From an uncultured Candidatus Saccharibacteria bacterium (GTDB taxonomy: Bacteria; Patescibacteriota; Minisyncoccia; UBA6257; UBA9933), in NCBI GenBank assembly GCA_964367055.1, contig CAYIWD010000001.1, positions 1 through 52,140 of the forward strand: 52,140 nucleotides of DNA. Direction: 5' to 3'. Below, piece by piece: positions 9,317 through 19,386 of this stretch. Position numbers and translations under genes: made by a program. The notes under the pieces were generated by a model, which was not told the origin of the DNA, made no database searches, and saw nothing but the letters and a program-made list of their open reading frames with translations. The number at the start of each line of letters is the position of its first letter. The stretch's first letter is position 1.

Positions 9317-10348
9317 ATGAAAATTGTATTAATTTCTAATTCAGTAAAAGAAGGAATGGCGGGAAGCTATTCAAGGGGTTTTTTAGAGTTGAACGAGAAG
9401 GCGGAAATTATTGATGACGACAAACTTTATAAAGAAAGCGTTTTTTTAGCGAGAAATAAATATCTTCATCATTTATTTTGGCGTTTTTTAGCCTCTTTTT
9501 TCCAGAAAAGATTAATTGAGCGTATTGTCAGCGAAAAGCCGGATTTAATTTTTATTTTCAAGGGCTGGCTGGTAAAACCAAAAACCATGCTAGAAATAAA
9601 AAAAGAGTTGCCCAGCGTTAAGCTTTTCAATCTTAACACCGACAATCCGTTTAATACTTGGCATCACAGCAATTCTAACTCTTGGATAATAAAATCAATT
9701 CCTTTATACGACGCTTATTTTACCTGGGGCAAATTTCTAGTTGAGCCAATCTTAAAAGCAGGCGCCAAGAGAGCGGGGTATCTGGCTTGCGGATACGACT
9801 CTTATCTTCATCATCCGGTAAGTATTAACGAAAAAGAAAAAGAATTTTACGGCTCTGATATTGCTTTTATCGGAAGCTGGGATGAGGAACGCGAGGTGTG
9901 GCTTGAATATCTTAAAGATTATGATTTAAAAATTTGGGGAAACGCATGGCAAAAAGCTCCAAAATTAAAAAAAAATTGGCAAAGAAGAGCGGTTTCCAGT
10001 GAAGAATTTTCTAAAGTTTGCAGCGCTTCGAAAATTGTTATAAACGTTTTGAGAAAACAAAATATGCCTGCTCACAATATGAGGACGTTTGAAGTGCCGG
10101 CTTGCAAAGGATTTATGTTATCTACGAGAACCGAAGAACAAAAAGGATTTTTTAAAGAAGCCGAAGAAGCTGATTATTTTTCTAACCCAGAAGAATTAAA
10201 GGAGAAAATAGATTTTTATCTTAAAAACAATGAATTAAGACAGAAAATTGCCGCCGCTGGTTATAAAAGATTATTAAATTCTAATTATAGTTATACGGAT
10301 AGAGCTAAAGAAGTTATTGAAATTTATAAAAATATTAAAAATGATTAA
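9317..10348 (+). CDS. CgeB-family / DUF3880-type glycosyltransferase-like protein
   Basis: C-terminal region NVLRKQNMPAHNMRTFEVPACKGFMLS ... IAAAGYKRL resembles CgeB/YkvP-type GT1-like proteins. Recalled from memory, not searched. Confidence 0.5.
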   Translation: MKIVLISNSVKEGMAGSYSRGFLELNEKAEIIDDDKLYKESVFLARNKYLHHLFWRFLASFFQKRLIERIVSEKPDLIFIFKGWLVKPKTMLEIKKELPSVKLFNLNTDNPFNTWHHSNSNSWIIKSIPLYDAYFTWGKFLVEPILKAGAKRAGYLACGYDSYLHHPVSINEKEKEFYGSDIAFIGSWDEEREVWLEYLKDYDLKIWGNAWQKAPKLKKNWQRRAVSSEEFSKVCSASKIVINVLRKQNMPAHNMRTFEVPACKGFMLSTRTEEQKGFFKEAEEADYFSNPEELKEKIDFYLKNNELRQKIAAAGYKRLLNSNYSYTDRAKEVIEIYKNIKND

Positions 10349-12521
10349 TACTAAAAAAAGTGTTTCGATAATTATACCTTCTTACAACAGAAAAAATTTG
10401 CTGCAGGAAAGTTTGGAAGCAATTAAAAAACAGAAATTTAACGGTTTTTTAGAAGTTATCGTAATAGATGATAATTCTTCGGATGGCACAATTGAAATGT
10501 TAAAACAAAAGGCGGCGGCCAAAAACAAATTTATTTTTAAGTATTTCGAATCGCCGCACTTAGGTCCAGCCAGGGCTCGCAATTTGGGTATCAGCTATTC
10601 AAAAGGCGAGATTTTGATATTTTTAGACGACGATAGTGTGGTTCAAAATAGCGACTATGTTCAAAAAATGGTTGAAAGTTTTAAAGAAAAAGATACGGGA
10701 ATCGTTGCTGGAAAAACATTAGATTTTTATTCGGGGATTTTAAAATTAATCAGAGCCGGCGATCCGCCGGAACTTGATTTTAATAATCCCTCAAAACTTA
10801 AAGAAGCAGAGGGAGTACCCACTAAAAATGCGGCTTTTTTAAGAGAAGCAGTTGCTACTGTCGGAGGATTTAATCCATCTTTCAACTTTTTAAGCGAAGA
10901 TACCGATTTATGCATCAGAATCATAAATTCGGGTTATAAATTAGTGTTTAACGAAAAGGCTTTGGTTTACCATTACCCGACCGCCGATTTCATAAGCTAT
11001 ATTAAAAAATCATATTCAATCGGTTTTTCTCACGGAGTATTTCATTTTTTCCATCCCAATAAAAGTCCAAGAATTTCTTTATTTAAAATTATCATATTTC
11101 CAATATTAGCCGGACGAAAGTTTATTAAGAAAATAAAAATATGTTTTGCTAAAAAATTATTTAGTCAGGCAGCCATAAAGGAAATCAGCTTAATGTTTTT
11201 TTGGATTAGCGCTAATTATTGCGCCACGTCTTTTGGCGAAGTTGATTATTTAATTAAAAGAATTTTTGTTTCAATAAACCCCGTTAGAAATTGTAGCAGA
11301 ATATTAAGCCCCGCTGGGATTATTCAAGAAAATAACACAGTCGCAGCCGAGCCGTGGGCCATTATTTCTAACGGGGTAAAAATAAAATTAAAGATGGTAA
11401 AAGGCTTAGGCCATTATTTTTTGGAATTGATAAAATATTTTATCAAGACGACGTTTCTGCCGATTAGAAGAACTTTTATTCTTTATTTGACTAATAAGTG
11501 TAATCATCGTTGCCAACATTGCTTTTTTTCTGAAAGCATCAATAAAAACATTCAAGAACTTTCTTTGGCGGATTTGAAGAAAATTGCCGAAAATTATTTT
11601 CACTATACCAATACAAAAAAGTTTTTAGCCAAAAGCATTTGGCAGGGATTTACCGGCGGAGAACCCTTTTTAAGAAATGATTTGTTAAAAATAGTTTCGC
11701 TTTTTAAAGACTCGGGAGTTGAAAATTTTCAGATAAATACAAACGGTATGTTAACTGAGAAAATTTTGAGTTTCAGTCGGGAAATGTTAAAACAAAATAC
11801 CCCTTTTAAAATTATTATTAGTATTGATGGCCTAGAAAAAACCCACGACAAAATCAGAAACACGCCGGGCGCTTTTCAAAACGCGATTAATACGATCAAA
11901 AAATTGAAAAGTATTGGAATAGAAGCGGGTACGATAATGACTATTAATAAATTGAATTATAAAGAAATACCGGATGTGGTAAGATTTCTTAATGGTAATT
12001 TCAATATTGAACCAGGCTTGCATCTAATTAGAGGCGTTAGCCAGTCAGATGCTCCGATGGAATTTATGAATATAGCCGACCCCTTGGAGAAAAATATCTT
12101 GATTACAAAAGATATTATTCCGGAATTAAGAGATATCTTATTTAAAACCTATTTAGCAAAAGCAATTGAAAATCCCCTTAAGACAGTTGAGTTGGCGAGA
12201 AAATTTACTTATCTTGAATGCCATTTGGATATTTTAGAAAAAGGAAAAAGATTATTTAAATGTGTGGCTGGTAAGTCAATCGGAGTAATTTATCAAAACG
12301 GCGATGTGGCGCTTTGTGAATTTTATAAGCCCATTGGGAATCTGAAAAATGTTGACTTTGACCTATCGACTCTTTGGCACAATAAAGAGGCCGAAAAACA
12401 AAGGAGTTATATTAAAAAATGCTTTTGCCATCATGATTGTTTCATTAATACTGAATACAATTTCAGATTCATGAGACGGCTGGCAAGTAATGTCAACAAA
12501 TTCATAAAATTTTATGGCTAA
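10341..12521 (+). CDS. Apparent fusion: GT2 glycosyltransferase (N-terminal) + radical SAM/SPASM enzyme (C-terminal), bridged by a palindromic insert
   Basis: VSIIIPSYNRKNLL ... VIVIDDNSSDGT (GT2). YLTNKCNHRCQHCFF and GGEPFLR (radical SAM). C-terminal CVAGKS...GDVALCEF ... CFCHHDC (SPASM-like). The linker is encoded by the inverted-repeat element at 11278-11377. An internal ATG at 11394 could start a separate radical SAM protein. Confidence 0.7.
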   Translation: MINTKKSVSIIIPSYNRKNLLQESLEAIKKQKFNGFLEVIVIDDNSSDGTIEMLKQKAAAKNKFIFKYFESPHLGPARARNLGISYSKGEILIFLDDDSVVQNSDYVQKMVESFKEKDTGIVAGKTLDFYSGILKLIRAGDPPELDFNNPSKLKEAEGVPTKNAAFLREAVATVGGFNPSFNFLSEDTDLCIRIINSGYKLVFNEKALVYHYPTADFISYIKKSYSIGFSHGVFHFFHPNKSPRISLFKIIIFPILAGRKFIKKIKICFAKKLFSQAAIKEISLMFFWISANYCATSFGEVDYLIKRIFVSINPVRNCSRILSPAGIIQENNTVAAEPWAIISNGVKIKLKMVKGLGHYFLELIKYFIKTTFLPIRRTFILYLTNKCNHRCQHCFFSESINKNIQELSLADLKKIAENYFHYTNTKKFLAKSIWQGFTGGEPFLRNDLLKIVSLFKDSGVENFQINTNGMLTEKILSFSREMLKQNTPFKIIISIDGLEKTHDKIRNTPGAFQNAINTIKKLKSIGIEAGTIMTINKLNYKEIPDVVRFLNGNFNIEPGLHLIRGVSQSDAPMEFMNIADPLEKNILITKDIIPELRDILFKTYLAKAIENPLKTVELARKFTYLECHLDILEKGKRLFKCVAGKSIGVIYQNGDVALCEFYKPIGNLKNVDFDLSTLWHNKEAEKQRSYIKKCFCHHDCFINTEYNFRFMRRLASNVNKFIKFYG
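11278..11377. mobile_element. 100-nt palindromic-ended element (ACCCCGTTAGAAAT ... ATTTCTAACGGGGT) inside a coding region
   Basis: Perfect 14-bp terminal inverted repeat. Its ends and subterminal sequence (AGCAGAAT..GCCCC) are shared with the intergenic copy at 49649-49754. Confidence 0.6.
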
Positions 12522-13230
12522 AATTTCTTCTTTTATATCTTTTATTTTCGGTATTAGTCGCCACAAAAAACTTATTGTGTTTATATTTTTAATAATTGGA
12601 TTAACTATTGTTTTTTATTTAAGAAAAATAAATTATTTGACCCCCGAAAACATCACCACCCTTCTTAAATTGCATCCGTTTCTGTCTCCTTTTTTATTTA
12701 TACTATTTTACGCTTTAATGATAATTTTTCTTTTTCCAACGCTGCCGATGAATCTCGCCGCTGGTTTTCTTTTCGGATGGTTTTGGGGCGGAATCATTAC
12801 AATTTTGGGAGCTTCTTTGGGTGCTTCAGCCTCTTTTATTATTGCAAGGTATTTGGCGTCAGATTATTTAAATAAAAAATTTAAAGGAAAATTTTTCCTT
12901 TCATTGCAGGAAGAAATTCAGAAAAAGAATTGGAAAGTAGTGGCTTTTACCAGAATTAACCCGATTTTTCCTTCCGGCTTGCTTAATTATATTTTCGGTT
13001 TGACAACTATCCCCTTTAATAATTATTTCTGGGCAACCATACTTTTTGTGTTGCCGCCGGTATTTTTATTTTCTTTTATCGGAGATTCTATCGGCGGTTT
13101 TGTTTTAAAAGGTGGTTCATATAATCTTGTCAGAAATATTTTTATAATTTCTTTTATCGCAACTTCTTTAGTTATTTTACAATTCATCGCAAAAAAGTAT
13201 AAAGTGTTTTACCGGCGAACAAATACATAA
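12514..13230 (+). CDS. TVP38/TMEM64 (DedA-related) family membrane protein
   Basis: Multi-TM protein with LFPTLPMNLAAGFLFGWFWGGIITILGASLGASASFIIARYL, typical of the family. Confidence 0.75.
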   Translation: MAKISSFISFIFGISRHKKLIVFIFLIIGLTIVFYLRKINYLTPENITTLLKLHPFLSPFLFILFYALMIIFLFPTLPMNLAAGFLFGWFWGGIITILGASLGASASFIIARYLASDYLNKKFKGKFFLSLQEEIQKKNWKVVAFTRINPIFPSGLLNYIFGLTTIPFNNYFWATILFVLPPVFLFSFIGDSIGGFVLKGGSYNLVRNIFIISFIATSLVILQFIAKKYKVFYRRTNT

Positions 13231-14978
13231 TAATCAGGCGAATGTGTTAAATTCTCATTTATTGTAAGACCCCTAAATAGAGTAGATTTTGCTTTCTGTT
13301 CGTAAGATAGTCTCTGGGAGAAAAATATTTTTAGGATTGTTTTTGAATTTAGGTCAGGAAAAAAGAGGGGGCTGGTTGTTTGGAAAATCAATTTGTAATC
13401 TTTATTTAAAGATTGAAGATATTCGTTATCAACATTATTTTTTTCGCTTAAGGCCTCAATGATTAAATAGTCGCCGGACGATATTTTATCCGGTTTATCC
13501 GTTTTAAAAATACTAAAAGGCAAAGATGTTTCAGGAGATTTTGACGATAAAAGGGGAGAAGGATTTACGGTTAATAGATCTGATTTAAGGTCAAATTGTT
13601 GGCTTGAAAGTCCTTTAAATTGGAGGAACTCTCCTAAAATAAAATAAATTTCTTTATCGCCGTTTCTGCCGGAATTATCAATAAAAATATTAGCCTTCCC
13701 ATAAGGATGATTAGCTTTTATGTCTTGAATCAAAAAATTCAACGTTTTATCAAAATTAATCGGCAGATATTTATTAAAGGTGAGGTAGTGAATTCCGGAA
13801 GGTAAAACATTTAAAATTAGCATTGCTGCGGTTACAGCCAGAGCAATTTTCCATATTAACTTTTTTTGTTCGTTGGCACCGAAAAATAAAACAAATAAAG
13901 GCGGCAGAGCAAAGATATAAGCCGGCAATAAATAGCGAGGTAGAGGGATATTCAGTACAAAAAGCCCTATTATGTATATGGAAGCGGTTATAAGCATTGA
14001 GTCGTATAAGGGGTGCAATTTTTCATGCTTAAATAGCGCTTTAAATAATCGCCAGATGACAAAGGGTATAAGAATTAAAATAAGAACCGGGTCGCCGAAA
14101 AAAGCACAACTGATAAAATTCTTTATAAATACAATTATAGAACTATATGGAGTGAAGCCGACAATATTCGGATTTTTGTGCAGATAGACAACGAAATAAT
14201 AGATAAGAATATAAATGAGAGAGCTTAAAAATAATAGAGCATCAAAAATTTTCATCCCCACACCAAACGAATCCATATTTCGTTTAGCGTCAGGGGCATT
14301 AGTGTTCGTTATGGTGTGGGGGTTTATTTTTTTGCCCGTTGTTCTCCAAGAAATAAGAAAATGAATAAAAGCGAAAGCGCCAATAGCGATAAATACGGTT
14401 TCTCTGTAATATGAAGCAATATTAGCCGCAATTAATCCTCCAATGAGATAAACTATTTTTTGGTTTTTTAGATATGTTAAATAACACAAAATAAAAATTG
14501 CCAAGAAAAATATTACATCCCTTTCGTTTAACTGTAATCGGAACCACGACATAGTAAATCCCGGAGTTAAAGATATCAGAATTGGAGTAAGATATATGAG
14601 AAATTTATTAGAAGTGAATTGTTTTAATATTTTTATAAGTAAAATCATCAGCACAACAAATTGAATTGCGTGAATAAGATAATATAAGATTGCTGACGGC
14701 GATTTTGATAAAAGGCCCACTAGATTGTATTCCATCGCCGCGAGCGGAACAAAACGGCCGCCTAAAATAGCATTATAATAATAATAAGGAAAATTCGCGC
14801 TGTAATACAAAATTGGTTTGCCGACCTGAAGGGTTTTTAAAAATATAAAATCATCGGTTGGGCCTAAGGCGGGACCGATTAATAAAATAAGGGCATAACC
14901 CATAACAAAAAACCCAAAAAATATAATTAAATAATTTTGCCGTAAATACTGCTTCATTTGAATAATTATACTATGCAT
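13209..14978 (-). CDS. Large polytopic membrane protein, probable GT-C-type (ArnT/PMT-like) glycosyltransferase
   Basis: 589 aa. About 400 aa of hydrophobic helices are followed by a soluble C-terminal domain. The call rests on architecture and glycan-cluster context only. Its 3' end overlaps the convergent gene by 22 nt. Confidence 0.45.
   Translation of the reverse strand: MHSIIIQMKQYLRQNYLIIFFGFFVMGYALILLIGPALGPTDDFIFLKTLQVGKPILYYSANFPYYYYNAILGGRFVPLAAMEYNLVGLLSKSPSAILYYLIHAIQFVVLMILLIKILKQFTSNKFLIYLTPILISLTPGFTMSWFRLQLNERDVIFFLAIFILCYLTYLKNQKIVYLIGGLIAANIASYYRETVFIAIGAFAFIHFLISWRTTGKKINPHTITNTNAPDAKRNMDSFGVGMKIFDALLFLSSLIYILIYYFVVYLHKNPNIVGFTPYSSIIVFIKNFISCAFFGDPVLILILIPFVIWRLFKALFKHEKLHPLYDSMLITASIYIIGLFVLNIPLPRYLLPAYIFALPPLFVLFFGANEQKKLIWKIALAVTAAMLILNVLPSGIHYLTFNKYLPINFDKTLNFLIQDIKANHPYGKANIFIDNSGRNGDKEIYFILGEFLQFKGLSSQQFDLKSDLLTVNPSPLLSSKSPETSLPFSIFKTDKPDKISSGDYLIIEALSEKNNVDNEYLQSLNKDYKLIFQTTSPLFFPDLNSKTILKIFFSQRLSYEQKAKSTLFRGLTINENLTHSPDYYVFVRR
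14266..14331. repeat. 66-nt imperfect inverted repeat embedded in-frame in the membrane protein gene
   Basis: CCCCACACCAAACGAA (14266-14281) pairs with TTCGTTaTGGTGTGGGG (14315-14331): 16 bp with one bulge. It encodes the hydrophilic segment NPHTITNTNAPDAKRNMDSFGVG. Confidence 0.5.
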
Positions 14979-15011
14979 AATATAATATTTAAACAGATAA
15001 TTTTATAGGAT

Positions 15012-15926
15012 ATGGAAAAATCTGAAAAAATTTATGTTGCTGGACCAAAAGGAATGATAGGTTCAGCCATAGAAAGGGTTTTAAAAATTCAGGGTTATAT
15101 AAATATCATCCTTAGAAACGAGAAGCAGCTTAATTTATTGGACAATAAAGCGGTGGCTGATTTTTTTAATTCCGAAAAGCCGGATTATGTATTTTTGCCA
15201 AGTTATAAAAGTGGCAGTATCCAGGAAAATATTAATCATCCGGCTGAATTTATTTACGAAAATTTGGTTGTTCAAAATAATATCATTCATAACGCTTATC
15301 TAAGTAGGGTCAAAAAGCTTTTATTTATTGGTGCTTCTTGCGTTTACCCTAAAAATTCAGTTCAGCCGATAAAAGAAGAATATTTACTAAAAGGCGAATT
15401 AGAGCCGACTAGTGAACCTTACGCGATAGCGAAAATCGCTGGCATCAAGACGTGTCAGGCTTACAATAAGCAACATGCTACGAAATTTATTTCAATTGTG
15501 CCTGCCACCATCTATGGGCTAGATGATGAGTTCAGTCCGGATAAATCACACGTTCTTTCGGCAATGATTCGGAAATTTCACGAGGCTAAAATTAATAATC
15601 AAAAGGAAGTGGTATTGTGGGGGACTGGTACCCCACGGCGTGAATTTTTATATGTTGATGATTTGGCTAATGCCTGCTTTTTTATTGTAAATAATAATAT
15701 TAGCTTTGATTTAATTAATGTCGGCAGCGGGATAGATATTACGATTAAAGAATTAGCAGAAAAAGTTAAAACTATTATTGGTTTTGGCGGAGAAATCAAA
15801 TGGGATAATTCAAAACCAGACGGCGCGAAACAAAAATTATTAGATGTTAGCCGTCTTCATTCGCTTGGTTGGAAGCATAAAATTGAACTGGAACAGGGGC
15901 TAAAAACAACTTATTTGACCAGGTGA
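15012..15926 (+). CDS. fcl: GDP-L-fucose synthase-like 3,5-epimerase/4-reductase (Fcl/ColC family)
   Basis: Collinear similarity to E. coli Fcl recalled from memory: [92 protein letters not shown]. Confidence 0.8.
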   Translation: MEKSEKIYVAGPKGMIGSAIERVLKIQGYINIILRNEKQLNLLDNKAVADFFNSEKPDYVFLPSYKSGSIQENINHPAEFIYENLVVQNNIIHNAYLSRVKKLLFIGASCVYPKNSVQPIKEEYLLKGELEPTSEPYAIAKIAGIKTCQAYNKQHATKFISIVPATIYGLDDEFSPDKSHVLSAMIRKFHEAKINNQKEVVLWGTGTPRREFLYVDDLANACFFIVNNNISFDLINVGSGIDITIKELAEKVKTIIGFGGEIKWDNSKPDGAKQKLLDVSRLHSLGWKHKIELEQGLKTTYLTR

Positions 15927-15963
15927 TAATTTTCTGCTATGATAAACGTTAGAAATAGAAATC

Positions 15964-17763
15964 ATGATTGTTTCCGAATACATAGCCGATTTTTTAGCCA
16001 AAAAAGGAATTAAAGACGTATTTTTTGTTGAGGGCTCAGCAGCTGCTAGTTTGGTGGCAATGGTGGCTGAAAATAAAAAACTCAAATATTATTGTCCCCT
16101 TCATGAACAAGCCGGCGCTTTTATGGTTGACGGATATTTTAAGGTCTCTCGGAAATTAGCGTCGATGATGGCGACTTCCGGTCCCGGCGGCGAAAATCTT
16201 TTAAATGGCATAGCGGCCAGTTATTATGATTCTTGTCCAGCTTTTTATTTTACCGGTCAAATTAATTCCCGCTTTATGAAGCCCAATAATTTAGTGAGGC
16301 AATGGGGTTTTCAGGAAAATGATATTGTTTCAATGGCTAAGCCGATTACCAAATACGCTAAACTGATTGATAGGGCCGAAGATATTTGTTTTGAATTGGA
16401 AAAGGCATATTCCCTAGCCACGTCAGGCCGGCCCGGTCCGGTGCTTTTGGATATTCCAATGGATGTTCAAAGAATGAAAGTTCCGCAAAAAATGAAGCAC
16501 TATGTTGCTGAGCCGTTAAAATGTGAAATTAATAAAATCTCATCATTAATTTCTTTACTTAAAAAATCCAAGCGACCGGCAATTCTTTTGGGTGGCGGTG
16601 TCTGGTTAGCTGACGCTGTTAAAGAAGCCAAAGAATTAGCCAGAGTATTAAAAAGAGTGCCGTTTTTTGTGACTTGGAATATGATTGATTATTACGACCC
16701 GAAATTTTTCGGCGGAAAAGTCGGGACTTTCGGCGGCGATGGAAGAAATTTCGGAATCCAAAATTGCGACCTTCTTTTAGGCATCGGGTCACGTATTCCG
16801 GGAAGAATTACCGGCGGAGTGGTAGAATCATTTGCTAGAGGTGCAAGAAAAATAATTGTTGACATAGATAAATACGAACTTAAATACAGCCCGTTTAAAA
16901 GAAGTAGGGGTGATATTAATATTTCTTGCGACGCAAAAATTTTTATTAAGGAATTAATAGGCCGTTTGAAGCGTTCTGATTTTAAAAAACAAAATAAAAT
17001 TGACCCGTCTTGGCTTAAAAGAGTAATAGATTGGCGGCTTAAATATCGGGTGGTAAGAAACGAATACTTCAAACAAAAAAACAGCGTCAACCCTTATGTT
17101 TTCGTAAAAGTTCTTTCAGATATGATGAAACAGGGAGATATTTTAGTGCATGAGGCAGGAGGTAATTGTGTGGTGACTTCCCAGGCCTTTGAGCCAAAAC
17201 CAAATCAAAGAGTTTTCAGCAATAACGGTAATTCTTCTTTGGGTTATGCCTTGCCTGCGGCAATCGGAGCCGCGGTTGCAAGTAATCATAAAGTTAACTG
17301 CATAGTTGGCGACGGAGGAATAAATTTTAACATTCAGGAATTTCAAACTCTCAAACATTATCAATTTCCCGTAAAAGTGTTTATTTTTAATAATCGCGTC
17401 TTTGGTATCACCAAAGCATACCGAGACACGCATTTTAAATCAGAATACGCCGGAGTTGATGCAAAACACGGCTTGTCTTTTCCTGACTTTATTAAAGTGG
17501 CTAAGGCGTATAAACTTAAAGCGATTAAAATTAAAAATCATAAAGAATTAAAGAAAAAATTAAAGTATGTGCTCGGTTTAAACGAACCAGTTATTTGCGA
17601 TATTAATATGATCGGTTTTTATGATTATCAGCCAAAACTCGGCTGGGGCACACCCATAGAAGACCAATATCCGTTTTTGCCAAGAGATGAATTTAGAAAG
17701 AATATGCTAATTGAGCCGTGGAGGGGCTGGGAAAATCCAATGTACCCAGGACCAATAAAATGA
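15964..17763 (+). CDS. Thiamine-diphosphate enzyme, acetolactate synthase large-subunit-like (YerE-like candidate)
   Basis: 599 aa. HEQAGAFMVDGY, TSGPGGENLLNGIA, SGRPGPVLLDIPMDV, GDGGINFNIQEFQT (ThDP-binding GDG motif). Confidence 0.8.
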   Translation: MIVSEYIADFLAKKGIKDVFFVEGSAAASLVAMVAENKKLKYYCPLHEQAGAFMVDGYFKVSRKLASMMATSGPGGENLLNGIAASYYDSCPAFYFTGQINSRFMKPNNLVRQWGFQENDIVSMAKPITKYAKLIDRAEDICFELEKAYSLATSGRPGPVLLDIPMDVQRMKVPQKMKHYVAEPLKCEINKISSLISLLKKSKRPAILLGGGVWLADAVKEAKELARVLKRVPFFVTWNMIDYYDPKFFGGKVGTFGGDGRNFGIQNCDLLLGIGSRIPGRITGGVVESFARGARKIIVDIDKYELKYSPFKRSRGDINISCDAKIFIKELIGRLKRSDFKKQNKIDPSWLKRVIDWRLKYRVVRNEYFKQKNSVNPYVFVKVLSDMMKQGDILVHEAGGNCVVTSQAFEPKPNQRVFSNNGNSSLGYALPAAIGAAVASNHKVNCIVGDGGINFNIQEFQTLKHYQFPVKVFIFNNRVFGITKAYRDTHFKSEYAGVDAKHGLSFPDFIKVAKAYKLKAIKIKNHKELKKKLKYVLGLNEPVICDINMIGFYDYQPKLGWGTPIEDQYPFLPRDEFRKNMLIEPWRGWENPMYPGPIK

Positions 17764-18470
17764 AATTCACTCTCTTTATTCCTACGTTAAACGAGGTTGA
17801 GGGCGTTAAAGCGATAATGCCCAAAATTAAAAAAGAATGGGTTGATGAAATTATAATTGTTGACGGCCATTCTACTGACGGCACAAAAGAATATTTAGAA
17901 AGTCATGGGTATAAGGTAATTACCCAGACACTGCCAAGAACTATGGGCGCTTGGTGGGAAGGATTTCAAGCAGCCAAGGGCGACGTCATTATTCCTTTCA
18001 GCCCCGATGGCAATTCAATTCCTGAAAAAATTCCTGAACTGGTTGAAAAAATGAAACAAGGATATGATATGGTGATTGTTTCGCGGTATAAAGATAAAGC
18101 CAAAAGCGATGACGACGATTTTCTAAGTAGTTTAGCAAATCATTTAATTACCAAATTAATTAATATTTTATTTAGAGCCGATTATACGGATACATTGGTT
18201 ATGTATCGGGCTTTTAAAAAAGAACTTTTAGGGAAGCTTGATTTGCATCAAAATACAGGAAAAGAGTTTAATTATTATAAAGTTGGATTGTACGAAATAT
18301 TATTATCCATTCGTTGCGCAAAACATAAATTGAAATTTACTGAAATTTCAGGCGATGAGCCGGAAAGAATAGGTGGAAGTAAAATCAGCCGAGCCCACCC
18401 AAACACAATAGCAAAAGCGTATAACGGATTACTGATGATTTTTAACGTTTTCAAGGAATTTTTAATATGA
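17760..18470 (+). CDS. GT2 glycosyltransferase (polyprenyl-phosphate sugar transferase-like)
   Basis: FTLFIPTLNE ... IIIVDGHSTDGT ... SPDGN. The ATG at 17760 overlaps the upstream stop (ATGA). Confidence 0.75.
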   Translation: MKFTLFIPTLNEVEGVKAIMPKIKKEWVDEIIIVDGHSTDGTKEYLESHGYKVITQTLPRTMGAWWEGFQAAKGDVIIPFSPDGNSIPEKIPELVEKMKQGYDMVIVSRYKDKAKSDDDDFLSSLANHLITKLINILFRADYTDTLVMYRAFKKELLGKLDLHQNTGKEFNYYKVGLYEILLSIRCAKHKLKFTEISGDEPERIGGSKISRAHPNTIAKAYNGLLMIFNVFKEFLI

Positions 18471-19363
18471 AAATTTCATTTAAAAAAACTCCTTGCGCTA
18501 TTTGCGAAGTTGAAAATTATAAGATGAAATATGAAGAATCCATTGATTATAATAAAATCGATGTTTCGCCAAGGCATATTCCTTCTAAAAGTCATTACAG
18601 AATAGTAGAATGCAATAAGTGCGGTTTAATATATTCAAATCCGATATTCAGCGATGATTACATTATAAAATTATATAATAACAGCTCTTTTATAAATGAA
18701 ATCCAGGTGGAATTTATGGCTGAAGATTATTTAGGCCAGTTAAAGAAAGCCAGTTCATTTATTAAACAAAAAAATAATTTACTGGAAATAGGTTGCGGCA
18801 ACGGCTGTTTTTTAAAAAAAGCCAAAGATTTTGGGTTTAAGAATGTATACGGCGTAGAGCCAAGCAAAAACGCATTTGAGCAAGCGGATGAAGAAATAAA
18901 AGGAAATATTATTAACGATGTTTTTAGGGGTGGACTTTATAAAGACAACTTTTTTGACCTGGCTTGCGTTATACAGGTAATTGACCACGTTATAGATCCG
19001 AATGATATTTTAAGGAATATTTATAAAGTAATAAAAGAAAATGGTTATATTTTAATAATAAGTCATAATGTCAGATTTTTTCTAACTAAAATATTAGGCG
19101 AAAAATCTCCGATGTATGATATCGGACACATTTATCTTTTTGACAAAATTACCATAAGAAAATTGCTTGCCAAGCACGGCTTTCAGGTTGTTTATGTCAA
19201 AAATATAACGAGCCGTTATACGATAGGTCATATTTTGAAATTATTTCCCTTCCCTGATTTTGTTAAACATTTTCTGATAGATGCAGCGGTTAAATTAAGC
19301 ATTGAGCATAAAAAAATAAAAATTATGGGTGGGAATATGGTTGCGTTTGCTAAAAAAATATAA
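18467..19363 (+). CDS. Class I SAM-dependent methyltransferase with N-terminal Cys4 zinc-ribbon
   Basis: CAIC...CNKCG, then LLEIGCGNGCFLKKA (motif I). Confidence 0.75.
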   Translation: MKISFKKTPCAICEVENYKMKYEESIDYNKIDVSPRHIPSKSHYRIVECNKCGLIYSNPIFSDDYIIKLYNNSSFINEIQVEFMAEDYLGQLKKASSFIKQKNNLLEIGCGNGCFLKKAKDFGFKNVYGVEPSKNAFEQADEEIKGNIINDVFRGGLYKDNFFDLACVIQVIDHVIDPNDILRNIYKVIKENGYILIISHNVRFFLTKILGEKSPMYDIGHIYLFDKITIRKLLAKHGFQVVYVKNITSRYTIGHILKLFPFPDFVKHFLIDAAVKLSIEHKKIKIMGGNMVAFAKKI

Positions 19364-19386
19364 GAAATTATTAAATTCAAGAATTT

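Noticed and set aside
13209-13230. 22-nt convergent overlap of the TVP38 gene and the GT-C-like gene as a regulatory feature
   Set aside because: Short 3'-end overlaps are common in compact genomes, and no associated structure was seen.
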